Positions 10,043 to 20,139 are shown, counted from the first letter of the stretch. The stretch: 34,403 nt of DNA from an uncultured Thermococci archaeon (GCA_964615185.1 CAZTOS010000016.1:1-34403), one strand, 5' to 3'. Notes: a model not told the origin generated them from the sequence alone. Made by a program: numbers and translations.

Positions 10043-11047
10043 CTACCAACTGAATTTATCAACTAATCTTCCCTGAGAATCATAAAGGTAGGCGGTATCA
10101 TGGTCATTGTTCCAGATTGCTCTCTTAGATCCCCAATAAAGATCATGAGAAGTATCTGTACCGCTTCCTGTGTGAAGAACGATCTCCTGTCCGGGCTGGA
10201 GAACTAACGAAGGGAAGTGATACGTGTGTCCTGCTTCATCCATTATTATCCATCCTTTCAAATTCACTGGATTTGAACCTTGATTCTTCAACACAACGTA
10301 CTCATCATTTAACTTGTCGGCATCTCTAACTTGGGTTCCACCTGCGTCGTAGTGGACCTTTAGAATAACAACTTTCCCAGTGGTAGCAGTATGTGTAAGC
10401 GTTGGTTCAGTAGAGGTATCTGCGTACTTTCCTATTTCACATCCCCAAAGTCCAAGTTTTTTGGATTCTGCGCTCTTCTGATATGCTATGTATTCCTGCT
10501 CTTTTAGGAAATCCCCCTCAGTGTAAACTCTGGCATAGCCTCTTTTGATGAGTAGAGCTGTGAAGTCTGTCCCGTTCTCAAGGTAGATGTAAGCTAACAA
10601 ACGACCGTAATATCCCCTCTTTCCAGCTTTAGGATCGAATTCAATGTAGATTACTTTATTCAAAAGAACGTCCCTTGTAAAAAATTTAGCTTTGATTCCC
10701 CAACTTGCAAGACATTTTAAATCTGTGATGTGATCGTACTCATTGGGTTTGTTTCTGGAAGCACTGGTTTCTGGAGTATCCACTCCCAGAAAGCGAATTC
10801 TCTCAATGGTTCCATTTGGAAAAGACACATCAATTGTATCTCCATCAATGACTTTTATTACATAGACCCTAATGGCGTTCGCGGGTATTGTTGGGGATGG
10901 AGATTGGTAGGATGGGTGGGATGAGACTGAATAATAGCTTGTTGCAGAAGTTACAGTTGGTGTGGGAGTATTTTCGCCCAGACAACCCGCTGTAAGTAGT
11001 ATAGTCAGAGTCATGGAAACCAGAATTAATGTGGCTTTGCGAATCAT
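10043..11047 (-). CDS. Lipoprotein thermonuclease (SNase) with C-terminal lamin-tail domain
   Basis: AGC lipobox, Ser/Thr/Pro linker, VIDGDT...IRFLGVDTPE...YGRLLAY SNase motifs, NDEYVVLKN...NLKGW...IWNNDHD LTD motifs. Confidence 0.9.
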   Translation of the reverse strand: MIRKATLILVSMTLTILLTAGCLGENTPTPTVTSATSYYSVSSHPSYQSPSPTIPANAIRVYVIKVIDGDTIDVSFPNGTIERIRFLGVDTPETSASRNKPNEYDHITDLKCLASWGIKAKFFTRDVLLNKVIYIEFDPKAGKRGYYGRLLAYIYLENGTDFTALLIKRGYARVYTEGDFLKEQEYIAYQKSAESKKLGLWGCEIGKYADTSTEPTLTHTATTGKVVILKVHYDAGGTQVRDADKLNDEYVVLKNQGSNPVNLKGWIIMDEAGHTYHFPSLVLQPGQEIVLHTGSGTDTSHDLYWGSKRAIWNNDHDTAYLYDSQGRLVDKFSW

Positions 11048-11188
11048 ATAGTTGCACCCATTTTTGCTAATCTTTAATTGAAATTTGGAGGTTTGATTAG
11101 ATAAAAATTTCTAAATGATCTCTCTTTTGATGTGGGCTAAAGTTGGAACGTTACTGTTATATATGATGAGTATCGTAATCATTATTCG

Positions 11189-11689
11189 GTGAGATTCGTG
11201 GGCTTAAGAAAGTGGATTTTGGGTTTTGATCCTAATGAATTTTATGAATTAAAAACGACACTTATTCGAATTGAGAATATTGAAAAAGAGATTCATGAAG
11301 TGAAGGAACATATAAAAGAACTCCAAAGATTGCTTAATGATAAGGCTGATAAGCAGACTGTGGATTTATTGTCAAAGATGCTTGAAACTGAACGAAAAAT
11401 CGTTGATTCATTAGAACAGGAACTTAAAGAGATAAAGTTAAAATTCGATACTTTAGAGTTATCTTCGGAATTAACAGAAACTCAAAAAGCCCCAGTTGAT
11501 GATTTTGAGTTAGAAGAACGATTAATTAAGTTGATTTCACAGGGTCATAATTCACCAACCGAATTAATACGTATGCTTGGTATTTCAGCAGATAAGCTTT
11601 ATCAGATAATTAATCGATTAATAACAAACCGAAAAATTAAGAAGATTAAGAAAGGGCGAAAAGTGTACTACATTTTGGTAGAAGAGTGA
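11189..11689 (+). CDS. Coiled-coil protein with C-terminal wHTH
   Basis: Heptad-rich N-terminal half; SPTELIRMLGISADKLYQIINRL...KKGRKVYY wHTH. Confidence 0.75.
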   Translation: MRFVGLRKWILGFDPNEFYELKTTLIRIENIEKEIHEVKEHIKELQRLLNDKADKQTVDLLSKMLETERKIVDSLEQELKEIKLKFDTLELSSELTETQKAPVDDFELEERLIKLISQGHNSPTELIRMLGISADKLYQIINRLITNRKIKKIKKGRKVYYILVEE

Positions 11690-11945
11690 AATTGATATTG
11701 TTCGTCCATGATTCGGAGCCGAATATTGATATCTGTGAGTTACTTTGTTTGTTATTTGTGCAAATTTATATAATAATGTTCTCTATTATGCATTGATAGT
11801 TGAGCAATCAAGATAATATCATAAAATACAATAACTTACGAATTTAGTCGAATTATGTAAATTATTATTATATTTTGGTATTTTGCTGAATTATGCTTTT
11901 TGATTGTTTATTTAAATCCGAATGCTTTTAAAATTCCTAATTGTT

Positions 11946-12140
11946 TTATAAAAGATCACCTTTCAAATATATCTCTATTCCTTTATGTGTTAGTTCAAAG
12001 GGATATTTTCTCATCCGCGCATTTTTCTGATGAGCAGATACCGTTTTAGTTCAATACTCCTCTCAAAGAAGCCAAGAATTATAACCCCATCAGCAACATA
12101 CTCTTCTACACCATATCTGCTGAGTTTTCATTTTTCTTCT
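11946..12140 (-). pseudogene. C-terminal remnant of a KaiC-like (RecA superfamily) ATPase
   Basis: Minus strand reads LSRYGVEEYVADGVIILGFFERSIELKRYLLIRKMRG, then after a frameshift MRKYPFELTHKGIEIYLKGDLL*; abuts the IS left end. Confidence 0.75.
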
Positions 12141-12250
12141 GAAAGCCTCGCCCTTTAGGGCGGGGATGCAGTAATTCTGATACCAGCCCTTAAACAAGAA
12201 AGCGAAAAACATTTAAGCAGTAATGCATACCATACACTAAGGGATTCATA

Positions 12251-12685
12251 ATGAAACCTGAATCACCAAGAATCAAAAGAACAAGACATGCAAAACACTT
12301 CATAACCTACCACTTTGTGTGGATACCAAAATACGGGAGGGACATTCTCACCGGAAAAGTCGCCGAGAGGCTCAAAGAAATGCTCAAAGAATACTCGGAA
12401 GAAATCGGGTGCGAGGTTATTGCACTCGAAGTAATGCCCGACCACGTTCACGTCTTCCTGCAAGCGAAACCAAACCTCTCGCCAGCCCAAATAGTGAACC
12501 ACCTGAAGGGCAAGACGGCAAGAAAACTCCTCCAAGAGTTTCCAGAATTGAGGAGCAAGACGACACACGGTCGCTTATGGTCTCGCTCTTATTTTGTAGC
12601 CTCAGTCGGCCACGTAACGGATGAGATTGTTAAACACTATGTAGAAACACAATGGGAGCGTGAATTAAAACGAAGAGGACAGTAA
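12251..12685 (+). CDS. tnpA: IS200/IS605 Y1 (HUH) transposase
   Basis: YHFVWIPKY, HUH motif PDHVH, LWSRSYF, catalytic Tyr helix IVKHYVETQ. Confidence 0.95.
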   Translation: MKPESPRIKRTRHAKHFITYHFVWIPKYGRDILTGKVAERLKEMLKEYSEEIGCEVIALEVMPDHVHVFLQAKPNLSPAQIVNHLKGKTARKLLQEFPELRSKTTHGRLWSRSYFVASVGHVTDEIVKHYVETQWERELKRRGQ

Positions 12686-13980
12686 CGCTAAAACTTCAGC
12701 CCTCAAAAGAACAAGAGAAAATCCTCCACCAGTTAGCCGATACTGGAGCTAAAGTTTGGAATAGAGTGAACTATCTCCGCAGGCAACAATTTTTCCAAGA
12801 GCAAATCGTGGACTTTAATACAACCGAGAAAACCGTTTATGGGGAATTCAAGCGGGAAATCGGATCTGCAACAGTCCAACAAATAGCAAGGAAGAACGCT
12901 GAAGCGTGGCGTTCATTCTTCTCACTCCTTCGAAAAAAGCGAAACGGAGAACTCTCCAACTGGTTCAAACCAAAACCACCAAACTATCTCAAAGAGGACG
13001 GGAAGAGGAAGCCCTTAATCGTCCTGAGGAACGACCAGTACAAGGTTGAGGGCAATAAACTAATCCTCAAAGGCCTCGGGAAATTCAAACGCCTGGAAGT
13101 CCAGTTCAAGGGAAGAATTCATCTCAGAGGCAAGCAAGGGCGGTTAGAAATCGTTTACGATGATGTGAAAAGAAAGTGGTATGCTCACATCAGCTTCACC
13201 GTTGACGAGAAAATGGAAGGAAATGAGTGGATTAAGCTCCCAAGAACTCCAAAGGGGAGCCTTTCGGCGGGTATTGACTTGGGAGTGAACAACTTAATGG
13301 CCGTCTATGTGGAGAGTGGGCAGAGTTTTCTCGTGAATGGGAGACCGTTGAAAAGCATTGACTTCTACTGGAGGAAGAAGATTGCCAAGTATCAGTCAAA
13401 ACTCAACAAGAGTGGAGCAAAGAAGAGTAGAAAACTCAAAAGAATGCACGAGAAGGCTAAGCTACAAGCGAAGCACTACATTAACACGGCAGTTAGACAA
13501 ACTGTCCGGAAACTCTACGATTTGGGCGTTTCTAAAATCATCATTGGCTATCCGAAAGGAATAGCTCGGAACTCTGATAAGGGCAAAAGGCAGAATTTCC
13601 TCCTCTCTCACGTCTGGCGGTTTAATTACGTCATCAAACGCTTGACGGAAGTTGCTGAGGAGTATGGTATCCTTGTTGAAGTCGTTGATGAGGCTTTCAC
13701 TTCTAAGCTTTGCCCCGTTTGCGGGAAGCCCCACGAGAGGGCTCGCTTCGTTAGGGGTTTGTTTAAGTGTCCCGCAGAGGGGCTTGTAATGAATGCTGAT
13801 TTGGTTGGAGCCTTCAACATTTTAAAGAAGGTTGTGAGAACCATAACCCCGAACCTGAGCGGTTTGTACGCTCAGAGGAGGGGTAACTGGCCGAAGACCC
13901 GGCCAGAGGGGCTGAAAAGCCCGCCTTTATTGGGCTTTAATGAAGCCCCTCAAACCTCCCCATCACTGGCGAGGGGTTAA
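12670..13980 (+). CDS. tnpB: RNA-guided endonuclease TnpB; expected start codon reads ACG
   Basis: Frame opens at 12664 and reads (T)KRTVTLKLQPSKEQ...; RuvC GIDLG, VDEAFTS, CPVC zinc ribbon, NADLVGAFNI; first usual start codon is GTG 12766. Confidence 0.88.
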   Translation, partial: TKRTVTLKLQPSKEQEKILHQLADTGAKVWNRVNYLRRQQFFQEQIVDFNTTEKTVYGEFKREIGSATVQQIARKNAEAWRSFFSLLRKKRNGELSNWFKPKPPNYLKEDGKRKPLIVLRNDQYKVEGNKLILKGLGKFKRLEVQFKGRIHLRGKQGRLEIVYDDVKRKWYAHISFTVDEKMEGNEWIKLPRTPKGSLSAGIDLGVNNLMAVYVESGQSFLVNGRPLKSIDFYWRKKIAKYQSKLNKSGAKKSRKLKRMHEKAKLQAKHYINTAVRQTVRKLYDLGVSKIIIGYPKGIARNSDKGKRQNFLLSHVWRFNYVIKRLTEVAEEYGILVEVVDEAFTSKLCPVCGKPHERARFVRGLFKCPAEGLVMNADLVGAFNILKKVVRTITPNLSGLYAQRRGNWPKTRPEGLKSPPLLGFNEAPQTSPSLARG

Positions 13981-14238
13981 CTCGTTGGAACCCTCGCCCT
14001 TCAAGACGGGGAGGAGGTCAGATGCGGAATTTTGGGTTTAAGGCTATTTAACTTTTGAGAAATCTCATCAGATGCTGTCTGACAAGTTAAAACATCAAAA
14101 ATTCATTCTAACAATACTCTTGTGGTATAGAAAATTATATAATCACTATTCTACTAAAAAGGAAATGGCAGGCCTCCGCTTTTCTTTTTCCATAACTCAC
14201 TTAAACAATGAATGAGGACACGTTATTAGTGAGGCATC

Positions 14239-14829
14239 ATGAAGAAAGTTAACTCGTACTCTGTTAAGTCTTCAAATATCATAACAAACGATATTCCTCC
14301 TAAAATAAACCAGAATAGCCTAATTGATTTTAGGAGAAAGCTTACTTCCTTGATAGTTAGGGATTTAATTGATGTTTACCTCAGAAACCCATATTATAAG
14401 AGACCGGTTCTTGTCTTTGGTCCAGACATTCTGTATGTTCACTTCGACAAGACGTTTTATGTAATTGAGCATGAAATTGGCAAAGCCCTAAATAAGTGGG
14501 CGAACTTAGCTCAAGCGTTTTCACTTAATGAATTAGCTCCGGTAAAGGCTGATGAGATTGTTTTGAATGAGTTTTATACTGTGCCTTTGTATCATGAGAT
14601 TTTGAGAGGGATTTTGCATGAAGAAAGGATGTTGAAATTCCTTGGTAATGAGCCAAGAAAATATACTAATAGAGAACTTAGGGAAATATCTAAGGCTTTG
14701 CTTAGTGGTAATGGCGCTCTTTTTGAGTTTGAGATGTTAAGCAGGGTTAAGAAGAGGGATAAGAAAGAAACGCTGGTGAGTAAGTCTTATCTTTTTGTGC
14801 CTCTTGAAAAAAGGCTCGAGTTTTTATGA
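14239..14829 (+). CDS. Hypothetical protein
   Basis: 196 aa ORF with GTGAGG RBS; no recognised motif. Confidence 0.65.
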   Translation: MKKVNSYSVKSSNIITNDIPPKINQNSLIDFRRKLTSLIVRDLIDVYLRNPYYKRPVLVFGPDILYVHFDKTFYVIEHEIGKALNKWANLAQAFSLNELAPVKADEIVLNEFYTVPLYHEILRGILHEERMLKFLGNEPRKYTNRELREISKALLSGNGALFEFEMLSRVKKRDKKETLVSKSYLFVPLEKRLEFL

Positions 14830-15038
14830 ATTTTATTAGAGCTTTCAAGTGCGAGTGGGTAGTTTTCATATTCCTTTTGAAAGCCCTATCTTGACAAGGA
14901 AAGAAACAGGCTGAGTAATCTCTTAAAGCTTTATCCTTTATGTTTTTAAGTAAAGAGGGAATTTACTTTCTACATTACGAAATTTGGAACTTCAAAAAGT
15001 TTAAGTAGTAAGACCTGATATTCATCTATGGTGGGCTA

Positions 15039-15317
15039 ATGTTTGAGGTTTATATTGATGATAGAGTCTTTAAAGAAGCTAAAAAGTGGTTTAAGAAAGC
15101 TCAAATTAAGCGGTTATTAGAATTTATTGAAGCCCTTGAAAATCATTCTATACCTCCAGGTTTTGATATTAGACGAGTGGAAGGAGTGGAAATAAAGAAC
15201 ATGCCCGCTTATGCGCTTCGCATTGGTAAATATAGGGTCTTTTATGGTGTAGATTGGGAAAATAAGAAAATCTACGTTGCTAAAATTGAACCAAGGGGAA
15301 GAGCATACAAGCGTTAA
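15039..15317 (+). CDS. RelE/ParE family toxin
   Basis: 92 aa; C-terminal YALRIGKYRVFY...IEPRGRAYK typical of archaeal RelE. Confidence 0.88.
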   Translation: MFEVYIDDRVFKEAKKWFKKAQIKRLLEFIEALENHSIPPGFDIRRVEGVEIKNMPAYALRIGKYRVFYGVDWENKKIYVAKIEPRGRAYKR

Positions 15318-15583
15318 ACTTCTTCAAGAAGAGTTAAAAGCCTTTTTTTAGCTTCTTCAGCTGAAACAACTTTGGCTTTTCCCTCTTGATACTCTTCGAA
15401 TCTCTTTTCAAGCTCTCTCAAAGTAGCCTCATCAACTTCTTCACTTGGAAGTTGTTCGGCTTGCAGTCTAAGCAATTCGATTTTAAGTTCTTTTAACTCT
15501 TTTTCCATATGTTCTATCCTCTTCAAGAGGGGATTGATATTAACGATTTTCTGCACCCTTAACACCTTCATGCTAAATTTCAT
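15314..15583 (-). CDS. Putative RelB-like antitoxin, convergent with the toxin
   Basis: Coiled coil then acidic EEVDE...EEYQEGKAKVVSAEEAKKRL, resembling archaeal RelE partners; start may be GTG near 15556. Confidence 0.65.
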   Translation of the reverse strand: MKFSMKVLRVQKIVNINPLLKRIEHMEKELKELKIELLRLQAEQLPSEEVDEATLRELEKRFEEYQEGKAKVVSAEEAKKRLLTLLEEV

Positions 15584-15817
15584 CTTTTAATGATTAAATA
15601 CTTTATCCTAGTCCATGACCTTGAAGGGGCTTTCAAAAGAAAAAGTAAGACTCTAAAAGATGATTGAAAAAGACAATTTGATGCTTAGGAGTTTATTGAC
15701 CTGATTATAGGCATTATGATTGTGGATATTATGAGTAGGGATCACTCTAAAAGAGAAATTGGTAGACAAAGCCATGAATGTTATTATAATCTTGGGACAT
15801 AGAGTTAATTTATTAGT

Positions 15818-16339
15818 TTAAAATTTAATTTTAAATGACTTATACCATGCCTTTGGACTTCCTACTGCAGTATTTACTTCGTATCTCTCTACTACTTGGG
15901 AGCTCCTTAGAAATTTTTCAATATGGTAATTTAAACTCTCTAAGTTTCCTTCAAAGAACCTTAATAGAACATCATATTTCCCACCTATGTAGAGTGTTAC
16001 CTCATATATCCTGGGATTTCTAATTGCGTTGCTTATGAATTCATTGACTTCTTCGATTTTTATTCCCTGCTTGAACTTTACGAGCACATCGGCATAACTA
16101 GCATTAGCAGCCTTTAGCAGGAGGAGGGCTATAATCTGAAGTATTCCTTCGTCTTGGAGTCGTTTTCTTCTCCGTCGTACAGTTGTGACTGAAATTCCAA
16201 GTTTTCTTGCAATTTCGCTGTCACTCATCTTTCCGTTTTCCCTGAGAAGCATGTATATCCTTATGTCTGTTTCATCAAGCTTTCTTTTAAATATCTTTTT
16301 TAGTAGCTCGATTTCCTCAGCTTTCCAATCTTCATTCAT
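15818..16339 (-). CDS. Lrp/AsnC family transcriptional regulator
   Basis: LDETDIRIYMLLRENGKMSDSEIARKLGIS...RRRKRLQDEGIL HTH; GKYD in a RAM-like domain. Confidence 0.9.
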   Translation of the reverse strand: MNEDWKAEEIELLKKIFKRKLDETDIRIYMLLRENGKMSDSEIARKLGISVTTVRRRRKRLQDEGILQIIALLLLKAANASYADVLVKFKQGIKIEEVNEFISNAIRNPRIYEVTLYIGGKYDVLLRFFEGNLESLNYHIEKFLRSSQVVERYEVNTAVGSPKAWYKSFKIKF

Positions 16340-16405
16340 GTCTTAATCCCCCCTTTATACTTTCCACTACAGCAATGCTTAGAGCAGGCATTCTTATTTC
16401 AGTTA

Positions 16406-16444
16406 CCTCCCCCTAATCATAATCAATGAAAGATTTAGGGGAGG
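16406..16444. other. Intergenic hairpin CCTCCCCCTAATC...GATTTAGGGGAGG
   Basis: 13-bp arms with one mismatch, between pcp and the Lrp gene. Confidence 0.45.
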
Positions 16445-16618
16445 ACAAAGTCTGTGCCCACTATACTTCACATTCTTTCTTTTCTTCCTTTAGTATTTTC
16501 TCGACGTCAAAACCTCCTCATATTTCTTCAGCTTTCTCTCAAAGAATTCCATGAAGAGCTATCAGAAAAGGGATTAAAAGGACAACGAGGACAAGCACTC
16601 GCATCTTCTTGACCTCAA

Positions 16619-17278
16619 CTAAATTGGCTCTTTGATATCTTCTTTTCCCTCTCTCATAAATCTAAGGGTTGTCTTTATAGCTATTTCAATTGCCTTGATT
16701 TCCAAATCCAGGCACATACTTGGTGTGTTTTTGCCAAGTAGGAAGAACTTGTTAACAACTTGATCCGGGGTGTATGGAACGTGAATGAAGCCTGCTTTTT
16801 TGGGATAATCATGAAGCTTTGAATAGTGGAGCGTTTTGAACATAACGTAATTACACAAATAGGTTCCAGCACTGTAGGAAATCATTGCTGGAACACCATT
16901 ATCTTTAAGCTCCTTTACTATTGCTCTAACTGGTAGGGTGGCAAAGTATGCTATTGGGGCATCTTTTTCTATAGGCTCATCAATTGGTTGGTATCCATCG
17001 TTGTCTGGAATTCTCGCATCCAAAAGGTTTAAGGCAACTCGTTCGACGGCTATGTTGCTGTAAGTTGGTGCCAGCCCTAAATTTATCACAATGTCTGGTT
17101 TTAGCTCATTAAGGATTTGCTCTAATTTTGGTCCAGCATGCTTAACAGAAACCGGCAAAACTTTCCCAGTTATCTGTGCTCCATCTATAGTCCTTCCGTT
17201 AAGGGTTTTAGCTATCATTTCTGTTGGATTTTTATCATCTCCACCAAATGGCTCAAAACCCGTGACTAAGACTTTCAT
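16619..17278 (-). CDS. pcp: Pyrrolidone-carboxylate peptidase (pyroglutamyl peptidase I)
   Basis: [34 protein letters not shown]; start overlaps the upstream stop (ATGA). Confidence 0.96.
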   Translation of the reverse strand: MKVLVTGFEPFGGDDKNPTEMIAKTLNGRTIDGAQITGKVLPVSVKHAGPKLEQILNELKPDIVINLGLAPTYSNIAVERVALNLLDARIPDNDGYQPIDEPIEKDAPIAYFATLPVRAIVKELKDNGVPAMISYSAGTYLCNYVMFKTLHYSKLHDYPKKAGFIHVPYTPDQVVNKFFLLGKNTPSMCLDLEIKAIEIAIKTTLRFMREGKEDIKEPI

Positions 17279-18450
17279 CTCTCTCCCTCCAAGTATTCGT
17301 AAGCTAATAGGGCATAGATTGCAGAGCCTTTCCAAAGAACACTCTCATCAACGTTAAACTTTGGATGATGGTGAGGATAGACTATGCCCCTCTTTTCATT
17401 TCTAATTCCCAAAAGGACAAATAATCCTGGGATCTTTTGAGCGTAGAAGGCAAAGTCTTCAGCTCCCAAAGTAGGTCTTGGCTCAACTATCTCTCCGAGA
17501 GGTTTCAATATCTTTCTTGCAAAATCTGCTAATCCTTTATCATTTATCGTTGGGGGGATGTACTCCATTGTGAGTTTAAGCTCTCCCTCACATCTCATTG
17601 ATTTTGCATAACCTTCGGTTATCTGCCTCATTCTTTCGATTATAAAATCTCTAACCTCTTCATTAAATGCTCTTATAGTACCCCAAAGTTCTGCAGTTTC
17701 TGGAATGACATTAAAAGTTGTTCCTGCTACAATTTTTGTAACGCTTATGACTGCAGGATCCAATGGATTTATTTCCCTCGAAATGATTTTTTGGTAAGCA
17801 TTTGCGATATCAATTGCTACAACTATTGGATCGATAGACATATGTGGTACTGCACCATGGCCTCCTTTTCCTCTTATTGTAGCTTTAAACGCATCTGCAG
17901 ATGCCAGTAAAGGCCCTTCCTTAATTCCGATTGTTCCGGAAGGCAATTCAGCCCATACGTGAATACCAAAAATAGCGTCTACATCATCTAAGTGTCCTTC
18001 CTCAACAATTTTTTTAGCTCCCAATCCTCCTTCTTCCCCTGGTTGGAAGATTAACTTTACTGTACCATTCACTTTATCCTTTATTTCAGCCAATATCTTT
18101 GCTGCTCCTAAGAGCATTGCTGTATGAGCATCATGACCGCAAGCATGCATCTTCCCTGGAACTTTAGACTTGTATGGAACATCATTCTCCTCCTGAACAG
18201 GCAAAGCGTCCATATCAGCTCTCAAAGCTACAGTTTTTTCCTCCTCTTTACCTCTCAAAATTCCAATAATACCAGTTTTTGCAGTCTTTATAACTTCATA
18301 ACCGAGCTCCTCTAGCTCTTTGGAAACGATGGATGAAGTTCTTTCCTCCTCGTACTTAAGTTCTGGGTACATGTGAAAGTCTCTTCTCCTCTCTATAATA
18401 TATGGTTCTAACTCCTTAGCCTTTTTAATAACAAACTCTTCTACTTTCAT
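17275..18450 (-). CDS. M20D amidohydrolase / thermostable carboxypeptidase (CpsA-like)
   Basis: [44 protein letters not shown]. Confidence 0.95.
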   Translation of the reverse strand: MKVEEFVIKKAKELEPYIIERRRDFHMYPELKYEEERTSSIVSKELEELGYEVIKTAKTGIIGILRGKEEEKTVALRADMDALPVQEENDVPYKSKVPGKMHACGHDAHTAMLLGAAKILAEIKDKVNGTVKLIFQPGEEGGLGAKKIVEEGHLDDVDAIFGIHVWAELPSGTIGIKEGPLLASADAFKATIRGKGGHGAVPHMSIDPIVVAIDIANAYQKIISREINPLDPAVISVTKIVAGTTFNVIPETAELWGTIRAFNEEVRDFIIERMRQITEGYAKSMRCEGELKLTMEYIPPTINDKGLADFARKILKPLGEIVEPRPTLGAEDFAFYAQKIPGLFVLLGIRNEKRGIVYPHHHPKFNVDESVLWKGSAIYALLAYEYLEGER

Positions 18451-18491
18451 AACTTATCACCTCATATCGAATAAAAAAGGGAATAAAGAGG

Positions 18492-19934
18492 TCAGGTAAA
18501 TGCAACCTTAAATTTTTCAAAGTTTTCATCAGGTTTTGTCGCATATGCTACTATTATTGTTACAATGAAGTTTACAAGCAGGCCCCAAAGTCCAAAATGA
18601 ATTCCCAGGGGGTTATGCTTAAGTCCAAATTTTATGTATGTCACTGTTATTAATCCTGCAATCATTCCTGCTCCAGCTGCATATTTGTTCATCCTCTTCC
18701 AGAAGAGTCCAAGGACTGCTCCTGGGAACATTTGAGTTATACCTGAATAAGCTAGTAGCAATAGAGCAACTAATCTTCCTGGGGCATAGAGAGCCAAGAG
18801 CATTGCAACAAGTCCGAAGAGTATAACTGACACTCTACTAACCAGTACCAGTTCTTTATCTGATGCCTCTGGCTTGATTATAGTATATAAATTCTTGGAT
18901 AGCAATCCTGCAAGTGTCAATATAATTGCACTTGCTGTTGAAGCCGCTGCAGCAAATCCTCCTGCCCCAACTATTCCCAAGACCCAGGAGGGATATGATA
19001 CTTCTATTGCTTTCAGTACAGCTTCATCCGGAGTTGCTAATTTAATACCCATTGCAGCAATAGTCAAGCCGGCTAATATTACAGGTATCATGAAAATTGA
19101 GTATATGGGCAATAATGTATAGTTCTTCTTCAGCGTTTTTAAATCTCTTGCACTGTATATTGAGGGGTACATCTGAGGATACATGAAAAACCCAAGTCCA
19201 CATAAAATTAGAGTTGAAACATACCATGCAATTCCAAGAGGTGGGTGGAGTACTAAGTGTTCAGGTTTAGCTTGTGCCAGTGCCTTGAACATTTCACTAA
19301 CTCCTCCAAACTGTTTAAATGGAACTGCAAAGAGGATGGCCCATGCAACTATGAACATTAGAGTTGCCTGCAGGAGATTTGTCCATGAAATGCCTCTAAG
19401 ACCACTGGTGTAAACGTAGATCATCATTATTACCATTCCAATGACAATCCCTGCTTTTATTGAAATTGTGTTAAGTGACCCAACATTGACAATGTAACCA
19501 AGCCCCTGTAGCTGTAGCTGGAGGTATGGAACATTGAAAACAATACCGATAAGTGCTACAAGTGCCGCCAATGCTCTACTGTTATATCTTACATGGAAGT
19601 AGTCAGCTTGAGTTACACATTTAAAGTATTTTCCAACTTTCCAAACGTATTTTGCATAGAAATAACCAAAGGCATATGCTAAGGCTCCATAACCTATTGC
19701 ATACATTATTGGCATTCCATAGGAATATGCCCAACCTCCAGTTCCCAAGAATGCATAGGCGCTGTAAATTTCTCCCGCCATTAGAACATAGAGAAATATT
19801 AAACCCAAGCTCCTTCCTGAGACCAGGTATCCTTCTAGGTTGAATTTTCTCTTTATTCCTGCTAGAACTCCAACAGCTAAGCTTAACAGTACCCATCCGA
19901 TAATTATCGCAACAGGGAGTATTGCACTACTCAA
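18492..19934 (-). CDS. Sodium:solute symporter family protein
   Basis: About 13 TMs; YLVSGRSLG, SAYAFLG, DYFHVRY, YTSGLRG, AAASTA; likely TTG start 19934 (ATG 19970 alternative). Confidence 0.92.
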   Translation of the reverse strand: MSSAILPVAIIIGWVLLSLAVGVLAGIKRKFNLEGYLVSGRSLGLIFLYVLMAGEIYSAYAFLGTGGWAYSYGMPIMYAIGYGALAYAFGYFYAKYVWKVGKYFKCVTQADYFHVRYNSRALAALVALIGIVFNVPYLQLQLQGLGYIVNVGSLNTISIKAGIVIGMVIMMIYVYTSGLRGISWTNLLQATLMFIVAWAILFAVPFKQFGGVSEMFKALAQAKPEHLVLHPPLGIAWYVSTLILCGLGFFMYPQMYPSIYSARDLKTLKKNYTLLPIYSIFMIPVILAGLTIAAMGIKLATPDEAVLKAIEVSYPSWVLGIVGAGGFAAAASTASAIILTLAGLLSKNLYTIIKPEASDKELVLVSRVSVILFGLVAMLLALYAPGRLVALLLLAYSGITQMFPGAVLGLFWKRMNKYAAGAGMIAGLITVTYIKFGLKHNPLGIHFGLWGLLVNFIVTIIVAYATKPDENFEKFKVAFT

Positions 19935-20139
19935 GGAGGCCACCCCCAAGTTCAAACTTGTATGCTCCATAGAGGCATGCTGAGGTTAGTATGAGCCATA
20001 GTGTGTTCCAGAACATCAATGGTGGCATGCCAAGAATCAGGGGCTCTGGCTTGTTGAAGAACGGTGAAATCACTACATATGCTATCCATGGTAGAACTCC
20101 CAAAAGCAAGGCGTATTTTTGAGCCTGGCTTTTTTCCAT
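19927..20139 (-). CDS. Small two-TM SSS-associated protein (DUF3311-like)
   Basis: FNKPEPLILGMPPLMFW motif; directly upstream of and overlapping the symporter; GAGGTG RBS. Confidence 0.8.
   Translation of the reverse strand: MEKSQAQKYALLLGVLPWIAYVVISPFFNKPEPLILGMPPLMFWNTLWLILTSACLYGAYKFELGGGLLE

Larger units (their letters stand above)
12141..14021 (+). mobile_element. IS200/IS605 family element (tnpA + tnpB)
   Basis: Left hairpin CCTCGCCCTTTAGGGCGGGG (12146-12165); related right hairpin CCCTCGCCCTTCAAGACGGGG (13991-14011) followed by GGTCAG; end positions approximate. Confidence 0.9.
14874..15639. repeat. 13-bp inverted repeats (CTTTTGAAAGCCC / GGGCTTTCAAAAG) flanking the toxin-antitoxin pair
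   Basis: Perfect reverse complements at 14874-14886 and 15627-15639. Confidence 0.65.

Noticed and set aside
15646..15669. TAAGACTCTAAAAGATGATTGAAA resembles a Thermococcales CRISPR repeat
   Set aside because: Single partial copy with indels and no spacer-repeat periodicity
16460..16604. Small minus-strand ORF fragments downstream of pcp
   Set aside because: Look like a frameshifted remnant (MRVLVLVVLL.../MEFFERKLKK...) but are too short to assign
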